Notes under the pieces: model-generated | Databases searched by the model: none | Told to the model about the DNA's origin: nothing | What the model saw: only the letters and a program-made list of their open reading frames with translations | Shown: positions 14,168-26,193 of the stretch, piece by piece | How positions within the stretch are numbered: position 1 is the first letter of the stretch | Layout of the letters: each line of letters opens with the position of its first letter | NCBI GenBank assembly: GCA_951406725.2 | Contig: OX597821.1 | Span: 32,054,001-32,118,000 of the forward strand | From: Octopus vulgaris | Lineage: Eukaryota | Reading direction: 5' to 3' | DNA: 64,000 nucleotides | Translations under genes and position numbers: made by a program

Positions 14168-14358
14168 CTTTTGGTTGTTTCAGTCTTTGGTGTACGGGCA
14201 TGATAGGACACCATACTGAAGGTTTTAATCGAACAAATCAATCCTAGTACTTATCATTTTAAGCGTAGCATTTATTCTATGGGCCTCATATTTGCCGAGC
14301 TACTGTGTTGTAAGGAAGTAAACAAACCAACACCGGTTGCCAAGCGTTAATGGGAGAA
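14168..14358 (-). mobile_element. SINE 3' half (15800 family)
   Basis: Reverse complement matches CGCTTGACAAC...ATAAGTACTA...GACTGAAACA of 15990-16170. Confidence 0.7.
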
Positions 14359-14730
14359 AAACCCCAAACACAAGCACAAACACACACACACACACACACA
14401 CGTATAAAAACGTATATGTCTGTGAGAGAGAGTACATGTGTGAATGTGGGTGTGCACATATATTCGTGTATATAAAAACAGTTCTCTGTAAACGTCCTTT
14501 TAGCGTATACAAATATGTGTGTGAGTGTATGTTTGTGTGTGTCTATGTGCACACACATTTGTATGTATAGACTCAAACACACACAGTCATTTATACGTAG
14601 AATTCTAAATAAACCCAAACAAGAAAACTATTTGCTTGCCTTTGTATGCATGAAATTTTAGATTATTATTTTTATAGACAACCAATAAATTCACTGATAA
14701 GAATTTAAGAATTTTCATATTCTCTCATAC

Positions 14731-14771
<41 letters not shown>

Positions 14772-15799
14772 TGTATGTCTTTATATACATGACATATGCG
14801 TGTGCATACCTATTCGCATATATTTCTATATTTTGAGTATTTGTGTGTGTTTGATAGTGTGTGTTTAGAGATTGTTCTGTGTATTGCCTTCGTTGTGTCT
14901 GTAATCTCTTATAATTGTGTTCAACTAAAAACCATTCAATACCACCATGACGCCGCAATATTTACCGCAAAAGTAATTAACACCTCAGATTTCGACGCAT
15001 TGTTAAGTTGTAATTAATTACCCGTAGTATTCTACAAATGTTCTGATGAAATGCGTCGTTAGAATATGTTGAATTGTCCGATATTTACTCACTGAACAAT
15101 ATCAGTCTTCTTATAGACTAAACAAGTTAATAGGCTCCATTGACATGGCTCAAGGGTATTATGGTATAAGGATTTTCCAATTCTCTCTCCCCTCTCTCTC
15201 TCAATCTCTCTTTCTCTCTCTTTCTCTTTCTCGTTCTCCTTCCCCTGATCTCCGTTTCTTCTTCCGTTTTTCTTTTCATCTATTTTGATTTCGCTATATT
15301 TCCGAAATAGAATAGTTTTGAAAAGTAATGAGTCAAAAAGTTTCCGTATCAAATGTTATTGTGTGTGTATTTATACACGACAGTATCGTTATAATCGTTT
15401 CAGATGTCCAAGTAACATTTTACAAGGCGTATCTAGTAATTGTTGTTTATCATATCGAATGTAGATTACTGTAAAACCTAAAGAAACTTTATGAGTATAT
15501 ATAACAAAGCAAAGGAACGACACACATCAGTCTTACACATGCATTCTTACCTTACTCTTTATAATACTATGTATTTTCTTCGATCTTGCTGCTTCATTAT
15601 AAGCCAGTGACGTCAAATTACTAATAGTCTAAATTAGCATGCTACTTAAGAAGAACTGTATTTAAGTAATAATGACTTATAATTTCTTTTTTTTTTAATT
15701 GTAAGAGTGAAGTGAATTTAATACAATGCGAATTGTACCCACTAACCAGCACCTACTTGAATCCATAAAAATTATCACAGTTTATTACGATGTAAAAAT

Positions 15800-16170
15800 T
15801 ACCAACCACATTGTTCCGGGTTCGGTGCCACTGCGTGGCACTTTAGGCAAGTGAATTCTACTATAGCATCGGACCGACCAAAGCCTTGTGAGTGGATATG
15901 GTAGACGGAAACTGATAGAAGCCCGTCATATATGTGTGTGTGTGTGTGTGTGTATATGTTTGTGTGTCTGTGTTTGTCACCCCCAACATCGCTTGACAAC
16001 TGATAGTGGTATGTTTGCGTCCCCGTAACTAAGCGGTTCGGCATAGAATAAGCACTAGACCGACAGAATAAGTACTACGCTTACAAAGAATAAGCCCTGG
16101 TTTCGATTTGGTCGACTAAAGGCGGTGCTCCAGTATGGCCGCCGTCAAATGACTGAAACAAGTAAAAGAG
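15800..16170 (+). mobile_element. tRNA-derived SINE with internal (TG)n, near full length
   Basis: B-box-like GGTTCGGTGCC, conserved body, tail GACTGAAACAAGTAAAAGAG; related copies at 5810, 8625 and 14168. Confidence 0.88.
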
Positions 16171-16288
16171 CAAAAGTGTAAAATAATAAAGTGATACTTT
16201 CTGCAGATTACTCCCTGTGATTTTTATATTTGGTGTATGCATTTGTCACTTTTAGACAAAATGGTGCGGGTTATATATATATAACGTA

Positions 16289-16390
<102 letters not shown>

Positions 16391-17188
16391 CTAGCAGAAT
16401 TACTTGAAAGTACTGTTAATGATTGCACTGAATGATGATGATTATTCAGGCAAATATTGATATAAGTTTACGCTGGGAGATAAGGACTTAACGATCAAAC
16501 GTGTGCCATTGCATTGTTTTGGGGGAACCAAATTTCTGATGAGCATTATAGGGGCACCAACTTTAAGTTTGAGAATGTGTGGTGGTAGTCCGGGGTGCTC
16601 AAAGGAATTGAGTACCTCTATTGGATAGTTGATGACGTCCTCTGGGTCAGGAGTTGTATCGATAGACTGATATACATAGACTTCCCCAGGAATGGGTTTT
16701 AGCATTTCATCATTAATATGGTGAACAGTTTTATTCCTCGGGGCCAGTATAGCCTTTTTGCCAATCCAATCCATATTCTGATAATTAGCTTGTAGATCTT
16801 GGAACACTGCATCAGAAGGCGTCTTAACAATGGTACAAATGGAATCGATGGCAATATTACCATTTTCATCCCCTGGTATTTTGCCTTCGCCAAGTGCAAT
16901 GAGGGTGTGAGGAAATGCTGCTGATGTGATATTACGTCGCATATGAGCACGCATATTGGTATGAAGTTTGAGAGTTACTTCCATTAATTTTAAAAAATGC
17001 ATTAAAATGGTAAATTATTTGTAAAATCGTAGACTCATCGTAGACGCGCGCTAATACCCAGAATGGCTCGATATGAATCACGACTATAAGATACTCGGTT
17101 TTGGTTAAACTGCATCGCAAAATGTGGGAGTAGTTAGGAATCTAAATCGGAGTAGACAGACACACAACCTTTCTTTTATATATAAAGA
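16391..17188 (-). mobile_element. Internally deleted Helitron (798 bp) with both termini and a PIF1 helicase fragment
   Basis: Minus strand reads A|TCTTTATATATAAAAG ... TTCTGCTAG|T (5'-TC, CTAG-3', inserted between A and T). Confidence 0.88.
16442..17002 (-). pseudogene. Helitron RepHel PIF1-family helicase fragment (186-aa ORF)
   Basis: KLHTNMR, AILAPRN, YQSID and GLPPHILKLKVGAPIMLIRNL..CNGTRLIV are hallmark Helitron/PIF1 motifs. Confidence 0.92.
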
Positions 17189-17545
17189 TTTTCGTCCTAA
17201 AAAACTTTGTATGGAGTGAATGGTTACCTCTATGGAAATATATACACACACATTATACATACATGTGTGTATAGATGAATATATAAATACATTTAAATAT
17301 CTATATACACTTTTGGACGATCTTTCTGCTTCTTAGAGATAACTTTAGATGTTATTTTCGTCCTAAAAAACTTTGTGCGGAGTGAATGGTTACCTCTATG
17401 GAAATATATACACACACGTTATACATACATGTGCGTATAGATGAATATATAAATACATTTCAATATCTATATACACTTTTGGGCGATCTTTCTGCTTCTT
17501 AGAGATAACTTTAGATGTTATATTCGTCCTAAATAACTTTGTATG
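17189..17545. repeat. Tandem repeat, 166-bp unit, ~2.1 copies, abutting the Helitron 5' end
   Basis: TTCGTCCTAAA recurs at ~17191, ~17357 and ~17523. Confidence 0.92.
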
Positions 17546-18439
17546 AATTGAAAAAGTAAATGAATTGAAATTCATACATGTGTAAAATGGCAAATGTTTG
17601 TGCAGTTGTCCGATGGAACTGATGTATTATAATGAATAGTCCTTCTTCTTGTGAATATTAATTTGATTAATATGAACTGAAAACCAGTGGTGTAGCATAG
17701 GTGATCTTCTAGCAAAAAGGATGACCAGTCTGAATGGGTCGTCCCTGTCACACACACACACACACACACATACCCTCACACACACGCACACACACACACA
17801 CACACACATACCCTCACACACACGCACACACACACACACAGACACACACGCACACACACACACACACACACACGTTAGCTTACAATGTCTGTCAACAATT
17901 GACACTGTCGTATATATTAGCGTGTCTATGTATCTAAAGAGGAAGTGGAAGTAATAGGCAGAGTAAAGGCTTCAAAGTGAAATGTTAAAATATTGAGTTT
18001 TCTCGAATTTTGTCTTAATTGGAGGTGAAATTGAAAGAAATTTTGTATGGCATGAACCAATGGAATTTCTTGGAAAAATCATAGGTAAAGTCTAATTGAA
18101 GAAATTGTGTGAGGTGTAAATCATTATGTATTTATTTGTTTCTGTTTGCTGCTTTCTTTTTAAATATTACATCTAGTTTCACTTTATTCGTTGCACACTG
18201 TGTTTGTGCGTTTGCGTGTGCTGTAAACCAGACTAAGAAAAGCATTTGACATACACACCAGAATGTGAGTTTTCTGTACATTTTGCTTAATTGGAGTTTA
18301 AATTTTAAAAACTGGACCTGGCATGACCCGATGCATTCTACTCTTAAAAATGCTAGGTAAACTGTAATTGAAGAAATCCTATATTGTAGATTTCTATAAC
18401 TTACAAAGAGAGGCAGATAAAATCTGCCTTTTATAATAA

Positions 18440-18597
<158 letters not shown>

Positions 18598-19145
18598 GTG
18601 CGGGTTATATATATATAGGTGTGTGTGTGTGTGTGCGTGTGTGTGCATCTTTCTTTCTGAATATATGTGAATCACTGAAATAATTGTTCTTGAATAAACG
18701 TATAATTGACTGGGATGTTAAATTTACTCATCCAGTCAGCGAGACATAATTACACTCTCTAGTAATGGGTGTATCAGAATCTATGGAAAATTATATCCGG
18801 CGAAGAAACCATGCTTAGACTTCGAGGAAGGTGCGTGCGTCAATGTTTCAGAGTGAACTCATTAATCGTTCGGTGAAATTGCGTCTCCAGGTACGGGTGA
18901 TTGTGCGAGTGCGTGAGTATGCATGTCCGTTTTTGGATTTCTGATTACTTTGTCTAAAACAAAAGTGATGTTCCATCCTTCATCTGTGAATCTTTTCTGT
19001 GCGTAATAAACATTTGTGCGTTACATGAAACTGCGCATGATTCAGTATTTCGTTTACACTGGTAGAACTGATTTGCGTTTTGCTACAATGACTACTAAGG
19101 TGATTCGACGGTGATGTACTAATTTTACCAATCCACCCACCAGAA

Positions 19146-19199
<54 letters not shown>

Positions 19200-19527
19200 C
19201 TGCACAGAAGAAGAAAGAGAGAGAGAGAATCTCTGTTGAATTTTCGGGAACAAGATATAAATGAAGAAAGTGGTATGTTCTTTGATTGTATGCTTAGGAA
19301 ATTTTAGTGCATTTCTAAAGTTTCTTAGTTTTAGAAATGAAACTAATAAATCTTCATAGATAATTTTTATTGGATTTCGTTTTTACTGAAATGCAAAGTA
19401 CTAGTTATTTTGGCACACAATTACCAGGCTCAATGCAGTCTTACTGCTATTGAAATTCCAAATACAATTAGAAAAAATGATAATGATAATTTTGAGAGAA
19501 ATATCTTGGATACTCTATACCCATTAG

Positions 19528-20548
19528 TATCTGCGTTGCATAAAATAAGTTTTGAGACATCTTTAGCGCAGACAGTTATAACTGTCCTAGTTTATTCTAA
19601 ATTTAGGATATCATTGCTATATATTATCTGAAGTACTAGCATGCCAACTTTTGTTATTCTAGGTCAAACGGGACGACTGTAACAGCGCTTTGAGCACACA
19701 CTGCTAAACACTAACTCTCACAGTTCTATATCTAAGAGATGAGGAATTATGTACGTTATTTACATTTGACGGATATTTGTCCTCATCTTGTTTGCTGTTA
19801 ACAGAGCGCTTTGGCTAACATACCCTTCAGCCTTCACCAGGTGTCCTGGGGAAACTTCGAACCTTAGGAATGATAACCCAGGTTCTAAATTTCCCCAAGA
19901 CACCTGATGAAGGCTGGAAGGTATATCAGACGAAACGTTGTATTAACAACAAACAAGATGAGGACAGATATCCGTCAAATGTAAACAATGTAAATAACTA
20001 ACTCTCACAATTAACTAATTTTCAGAATGCAGTCAGGATCCTTGGAAGCTTGCTATGCAATAAAGTTGAACAAAAACAGACAGAAACATTAAAGGCTCTT
20101 GATAGTTTATGGATTAATATTGCTGGCACAGCAGATTCATTGGCAGTAGAGTTTTGAGAAATTGTCACAACTGTACGCAGAATTATTCATGAAGTTCTGA
20201 ACATATACTAGGTATATTCCCAGGATACTCTGTGTCATGAAACCTAGTAACCCACTACATAACAAAACCTTTTATTCAAACAATCCCTCACCCGCCTTAC
20301 AGTTCAGACCTTGCTCCTTGTGACTTTCGGTTGTTCCCCAAACTGAAGGAGAACCTCAGAGGCAGTCATTTTGAAGGCGAAGGAAACAAAGCTGCTTCAC
20401 TCTCGCTCCACAGAGGCACTGGAGCGCTACGACAAATGCATTGAACACAGTGAATCCTACTTTGAAGGAGATTAGAGTTTTGTATTTCTTTTCCATTAAT
20501 AAATATCACTCCTTAAAACGTCTAAAAACTTCTGGAATACAGTGTATA
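19528..20548 (+). mobile_element. Degenerate mariner element interrupted by a fold-back insertion
   Basis: Start-like ATGCAGTCAGGA..TATGCAATAAAG (YAIK) near 20027; QTIPHPPYSSDLAPCDFRLFPKLKENLRG and KCIEHSESYFEGD near 20280-20475; left boundary approximate. Confidence 0.7.
19723..19996. mobile_element. Palindromic PLE-type non-autonomous element with 13-bp flanking direct repeats and a hammerhead motif
   Basis: Arms ~19749-19864 and ~19880-19995 are inverted; ACTAACTCTCACA occurs at 19710-19722 and 19997-20009; CTGATGA..CGAAACGTT at 19904-19939. Confidence 0.85.
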
Positions 20549-20889
20549 TTTGCACACACATTGACCCACACACATGCGCACAAACAAAGAAAAAGGAATG
20601 CAGTGTAAGTAACGGACAGAGACAAGACTATCGAAAAGGTTGCAAGACGCAACGAAAATTTTAGGAAAATAAAAATAAAGAATAAGTTGAAATTTTGCCG
20701 GTAAGTGAGTTAAATTATAAGACACAGAAAGAAAATGACTCTCCCTAGACAAGACAGAATATAATATGAAACTTGGAAATATTTTTATTCAGTGAGTGGA
20801 AAAAGATGTAATGGTGAGTGGTTTGAGTAGATTTTGGCTTTCTAAATGAGATGTACATGCTAAGGTTTTTATGTAATCGAAATTAAATA

Positions 20890-21201
20890 TCAAATCTGAC
20901 TGTTAATTTTATAAACCACGAATTCTGAAGACATCGTATTGTCATTACTATCTGCATATACGCGCAAAACGTCTTTATCTGAAGAGTAACATTCTTTGCT
21001 AAGCTCTGTCGTGTATCCAGTTTGTATATCCAGTTCGTGTATCCACTGTCGTTTTGAGGAATTGTATATATAGAGTAGTTTCTCGAGGGGCTTCATGAAA
21101 TATATATGCTCGGGTACCTTCAATTTGAAATGCTCTTCCATAAAAACGTCAGAGTTGTCACAATAATGATAGACTCCCAGATTTAGAGTATAATTCACAA
21201 C
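20890..21201 (-). CDS. Candidate terminal coding exon (103 codons) with possible ubiquitin/SUMO-like fold
   Basis: Acceptor TTATTTTAG|G directly precedes an open, non-repetitive frame VVNYTLNLGV...KINSQI*; no expression or homology evidence available. Confidence 0.3.
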   Translation of the reverse strand, partial: VVNYTLNLGVYHYCDNSDVFMEEHFKLKVPEHIYFMKPLEKLLYIYNSSKRQWIHELDIQTGYTTELSKECYSSDKDVLRVYADSNDNTMSSEFVVYKINSQI

Positions 21202-21804
21202 CTAAAATAACGATGCGGGAAAATATGTACATGTATCCTCACACATATATATGTGTATGCAACTATTGCAGCATATATATGTTATGTACATCGTTGTAAG
21301 ACCTTAGAAGCTTTGAGAGATGTCAAGGAAAAATAATTGTTTAAAGGTGGAACTCGAAGGTGATAAAGGTATAAATACAAACCTCTAGAAAGCTGGCTTA
21401 TTATTCTTAGAGCTTTTACGTAGAAGTTGGCTGTCAAACAATGCATGTATCTCGATGTTTCTAGATTCTTAAAATGTAAAAATCCTATAATCCTCACTTG
21501 GTTGAACAATAAATAGATGCAATTATCTATAGATTTTTCACCTTTATAGTTCCATCTTTAAAACAAGCACACACGCACGCACGCATGTACACACACATAC
21601 ACTTATCGCAAAGAAATCTGGTAGATACAATAAACCGCTGATAAAATCCAAAGTTGGCTAACTACATCAAATGATAGGAAACATTTCGAAACATTTACAA
21701 TCATACATACAAAAATACATACACACATAAATCATATATACATACAATACGTGCATACATATTTGAGTACACCAATGCTTCCACATGTATGTATATATAT
21801 ATAC

Positions 21805-22005
21805 GCCATGATAGATCGTTAGCCACTACAAATATTTTTTCTCTCCATTTTTCTCTCCTTTTTTTCTGTGTCCCTTTCTGTAGAAGAGCGTAGGCTCGAA
21901 ATGTAAAATACTTGTTCTATTCCTGAGCGTTGTACTAATACATCTGTTTGTTTTGTACACTACCTGTCTTCGTCTTTTGTTGTTTTTTTCGTAAACTCTC
22001 CCTCT
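21805..22005 (+). mobile_element. Short PLE-type repeat carrying CTGTAGAAGAGCGTAGGCTCGAAA (copy 1)
   Basis: Same sequence at 42150-42303 (-), 38030-38217 and partially 28212-28305. Confidence 0.8.
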
Positions 22006-22029
22006 ATATATAAATTAGAGTAGAAAATA

Positions 22030-22372
22030 ACTCATAGCCACAATAACGCACCATCTTATTTACTGACAAGGCAGGCAAGTTCCCTAATCACCGGGCAGAT
22101 TCAGATCAACATTGATTTCGCATTTACATTAATGCTCATCAGTGGCTCTCATCTGCGCCTTGGGTTGAAATTGTCAGCTTATAAGATCACCGTAGAAATC
22201 ACTCCCTGATTTCATAAATGGTAAAGGTGTACATCATAAATAATAAGGGTGGTTTGTTACCAATTTTCGACCGAAATGCAAAAATGTATACCTCACTGTT
22301 TATGTCTGGTGTTTAGGGAGCTTACCATCCTTGTCAGTAAATAAGACGGTGCATTATTGTGGGTATGACTTG
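22030..22372. mobile_element. Fold-back element with ~65-bp imperfect inverted arms enclosing a hammerhead
   Basis: CATAGCCACAATAACGCACCATCTTATTTACTGACAAGG pairs with CCTTGTCAGTAAATAAGACGGTGCATTATTGTGGGTATG. Confidence 0.82.
22093..22159 (-). ncRNA. Type I hammerhead ribozyme with canonical core
   Basis: GCAGAU-gagagc-CA CUGAUGA GCAUU(AAUGUA)AAUGC GAAA UCAA(UG)UUGA UC^ UG-a-AUCUGC; predicted AUC cleavage between 22104 and 22103. Confidence 0.78.
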
Positions 22373-24046
22373 TTCCCGACTCTTTTTTTTCTAGGACTAC
22401 TGGTGCTGAATAGCGTCCTCAGTCGATTTAGTGACGTATATATTTTTGATTTTAGGTTGAAAAATTGCTAATAAGCCAGCCTTATTACATATATATATAT
22501 ACACACATATATATACACATATATATACACATATATATACACGTAAATATATATACATATACATATATATATATGTATGCATGTTTGCGTGTATGTCTAT
22601 CTATCTATCTATCTACCTGCCTACCTATCAATCATTCAATCGATTTTTTTTCTTTCTCTTTCTCTCTTTATTATATATATCGAAGGTTTTGGCATCCAGA
22701 AGACCCAAAAAGCAGTTAATGGTAAGTGCTAATTAAGACATCCAAAGAGAGACAGAGAGGGAGTGAGAAAGAATGAGTGAGGGAGTCGGACGGATACACA
22801 CTACAACATAAGCACACACACTGACTCACACATACATACCTAGACATATTATATAATTGTAATTAAAGGTGTATATGGTCAGGTGTTGGCATAAAAATAT
22901 GCAGTATATCGATCATCAAATAGACAATGTTTTACCATAGAAATAACATAAAAAATTCTGTAACATTAATGGGAAAACTTATTTTTTTCTGAAGATACTA
23001 TGATTTTGAAGTATAGCATACATCGAAAGAAGATTGTTGCTTCATTATAGAAATAATTTAAATGCTCCGATATTTTGAGCAAGAATCATCATTGGTTAAA
23101 ATACTCACCATGCATATTCATATGCTTGTGAAGAATAAATGTTACTTTATTACAAAAAAGTTTTGAAATGTTCAAGTATTTTAATAGCAAAACTTATTTT
23201 TTATCAAAATATTCACCTTCTTTATCAAATGAAGAATGCATGTTGCTTTATCATTGATGTAACTTGTAAAGATATCCAGAAATTTTGGAAGCAACAAACT
23301 AAAGTTTTAGTAAAATGCTCACCATATTTGTAGTTATTTTCTGTTGACATACGCATGAATTATATGTGAAGTAACAATCATTACCTGTTCATCATTTTGA
23401 TGATACAAACGTACGTACATACATGAATATGCAGCTGCATGCATACATGTATAGATTGATACATATGTGCGTGTTTGAGTGCGTATACATATGAGTGGAG
23501 AAGAGAGGAAAAAGATAAAGACAGCAAGAGAGAGAGAGGGAGGGGGAGATGCTCGTTGAGTAAGAGTGGAGATGGATCTTGACCTCCCAGTTAACTGGCG
23601 TTATTCACTAAATGCGATGCTTTTTTCGGTGTTGATTCACCAACGTACCAAGTATAACAACATTGTTTTACTTAAACTACCATCAAAATACTAATCTTCG
23701 AATGTACATTCCAACAAACACGCACAGACACATACAAACACGCACGCACACTCACATATACACACATGCACACACACCACATACACACACAAACACATAG
23801 CACTCAAGCACACATATATCTTCCTAAAATACAATTACTCTCAATTATTTTGCGAGATACATAAACATTAAATTGAAAGATAGATCACAGAAAATTAAAA
23901 TCTACCATTGCTATCGTATACTCCCCTAAATTGCAGAGAAATATAAGTACATGTCTGTATATATATATATGTGTATATTATGTATGTATATACGCATCCA
24001 TGTATGCATGTATGTATGTACTTAAATCATGTATGTATGTACTTAA

Positions 24047-24586
24047 TATGTCTGACCACTTTCGAGTGCTACTGGTAACATGTAACCCAGTACAACCTGT
24101 TGCATGATCGGGCGACTAAACCGGCAACCCCACAAAGCTTGCTTGGTGAGGAGGGTGTTTATTAGACACCTGCTGGATGAAAAACAAACCCGTCAAAAGG
24201 TGGAGGAACTCTTGAGAGCCAACGGCCACCCAAAGGTCTTAAGGCTGTATCATGCGCGGGGACATAGAAATAATCGGACTGAATACCCGATCGCGCGCTT
24301 AAACCATTGGGAATGAAGGACTCCTAGCCTTTGTTAGGGCATCCTTCTAGGAGAAGATAACTCAGGCAACTGGGATAACTCCGACATAAAATCTGCGCTT
24401 CAGTTGTTACCGATGATGTTAACTTCTGTTCGGATTATGGCTGCTGTTGCTTAGTGAGTGGGATTGACTCAATGCACAGCCTTTCCTAACTTAAAAAAAA
24501 AAATCTTCTTGCAATGGCATTGCACGATAACAACATCGATTAAGTTTCGTGCAATGCCCATACTCGATAACGAGGGGGCAGGCACC
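24047..24586 (+). mobile_element. Non-autonomous RTE-derived element (RTE 5'UTR-like body plus LINE 3' tail) with 10-bp flanking direct repeats
   Basis: GGGCATCCTTCTAGGAGAAGATAACTC resembles the conserved RTE 5'UTR motif; the 3' ~42 bp match 43256-43296; ATGTACTTAA at 24037-24046 and 24587-24596. Confidence 0.75.
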
Positions 24587-24959
24587 ATGTACTTAAGTAT
24601 CAAATCCAACTAAGCATCTAATTCTCTCTCTAGACACATACACAAACACACACACACACACACATACACACAAATATATATATATATATATATTTCGAAA
24701 TGCGGAGTAGATAAAGCAGGGGACAACTGATGATGGGAATGTTCATTATGTTGCCTGTCTATCTGTTTCCTTAGTTTTTCGAAAGAAAGTTTACTTTCCA
24801 TAATTTTGTATATAATGTTCTAGTTTTTTGACGTCCTCTACATATATATGCATGTATATATACATATATATGTAGGCATGTACATGCATGTGTGTACATA
24901 TGCATATCTAATTTATTTATATTATAGATAGATAGATAGATATAGATACACAGATGTAC

Positions 24960-25058
<99 letters not shown>

Positions 25059-25091
25059 CCCATATACTCACTCGCACACACGTAGACACAT

Positions 25092-25185
<94 letters not shown>

Positions 25186-25706
25186 CATACGTCTTTTAGT
25201 GAATATGTATTAAAAAGATGTATCGTAGAAAGACAGGTATGGTGAATTTAAAATTAATATTTGTTTCACGTAATGTGAGGGAAAAAAGTAAAATAGATAT
25301 TGTTTTCATTTAATGTAAGAATAGAATTACACGATTAAACTAAATGTTATAGCTACGACGTTTGGATAGAATTTTAGAAATGAAAGGATTCACAATATCA
25401 TGCTAGAACGATTTAAAATACGTTATAATATTCGACTTCCAATTCTCGTAAAATGACAAAAATTAATTGTTCTACGTAGCATTATCTTTTCATCTTGTAT
25501 GTCTTGGTAGCTAGAGTCTTGAATTTCTCATGATTTATGCTATTCGATTCTAGCATATGAGCACATATGGCGTGTTGAACAGGATATACACGGAGAGGAT
25601 ATTCTCTGAAGAAGAATCTTAGTAAATATCTCTTTAAAATATCTTACGTCACGCACCCCACTGAGATTATGTATTCACAATTAGAAAGAGAACGTAAAAC
25701 TGCGAA

Positions 25707-25746
<40 letters not shown>

Positions 25747-25847
25747 TATATTTATATATACATATATAGATTTAGATATATATATATATACATATATACA
25801 TACGTAGATATATAGTGATATATAGTGATATATATATATACACATGC

Positions 25848-26090
25848 CGTGAACGCACATGGCTCAGTATCCAGGATATCGGGCCCACAATCATGAGATA
25901 GTGAGTACTATTCCCGGGCAGGGATGTATGTTGTGTTTTGAACACGACACTTTATTGACTTTACTCTAGTTCATGTAGAAATGAGTTGGAACACTGGTGG
26001 CGTGGAGCAGGGTATATTGTATACATGGGCTTCCGTAAACAACCATGCCTGGGCTCGAGCCTCGGGGGTAATTTCTAGGTACAATTTCAT
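25848..26090 (+). mobile_element. Degenerate tRNA-derived SINE (45318 family)
   Basis: GGCTCAGT...TGTTGTGTT...TGTAGAAATGAGTTG...CTTCCGTAAACAACC...GGGTAATTTCTAGGTACAAT matches 45318-45655. Confidence 0.7.
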
Positions 26091-26100
26091 AGTTATTCAG

Positions 26101-26189
<89 letters not shown>

Positions 26190-26193
<4 letters not shown>

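Noticed and set aside
17189-17545. Regularly spaced repeats suggestive of a CRISPR-like array
   Set aside because: The whole 166-bp unit is duplicated with no unique spacers, there are no cas-like genes, and the context is eukaryotic.
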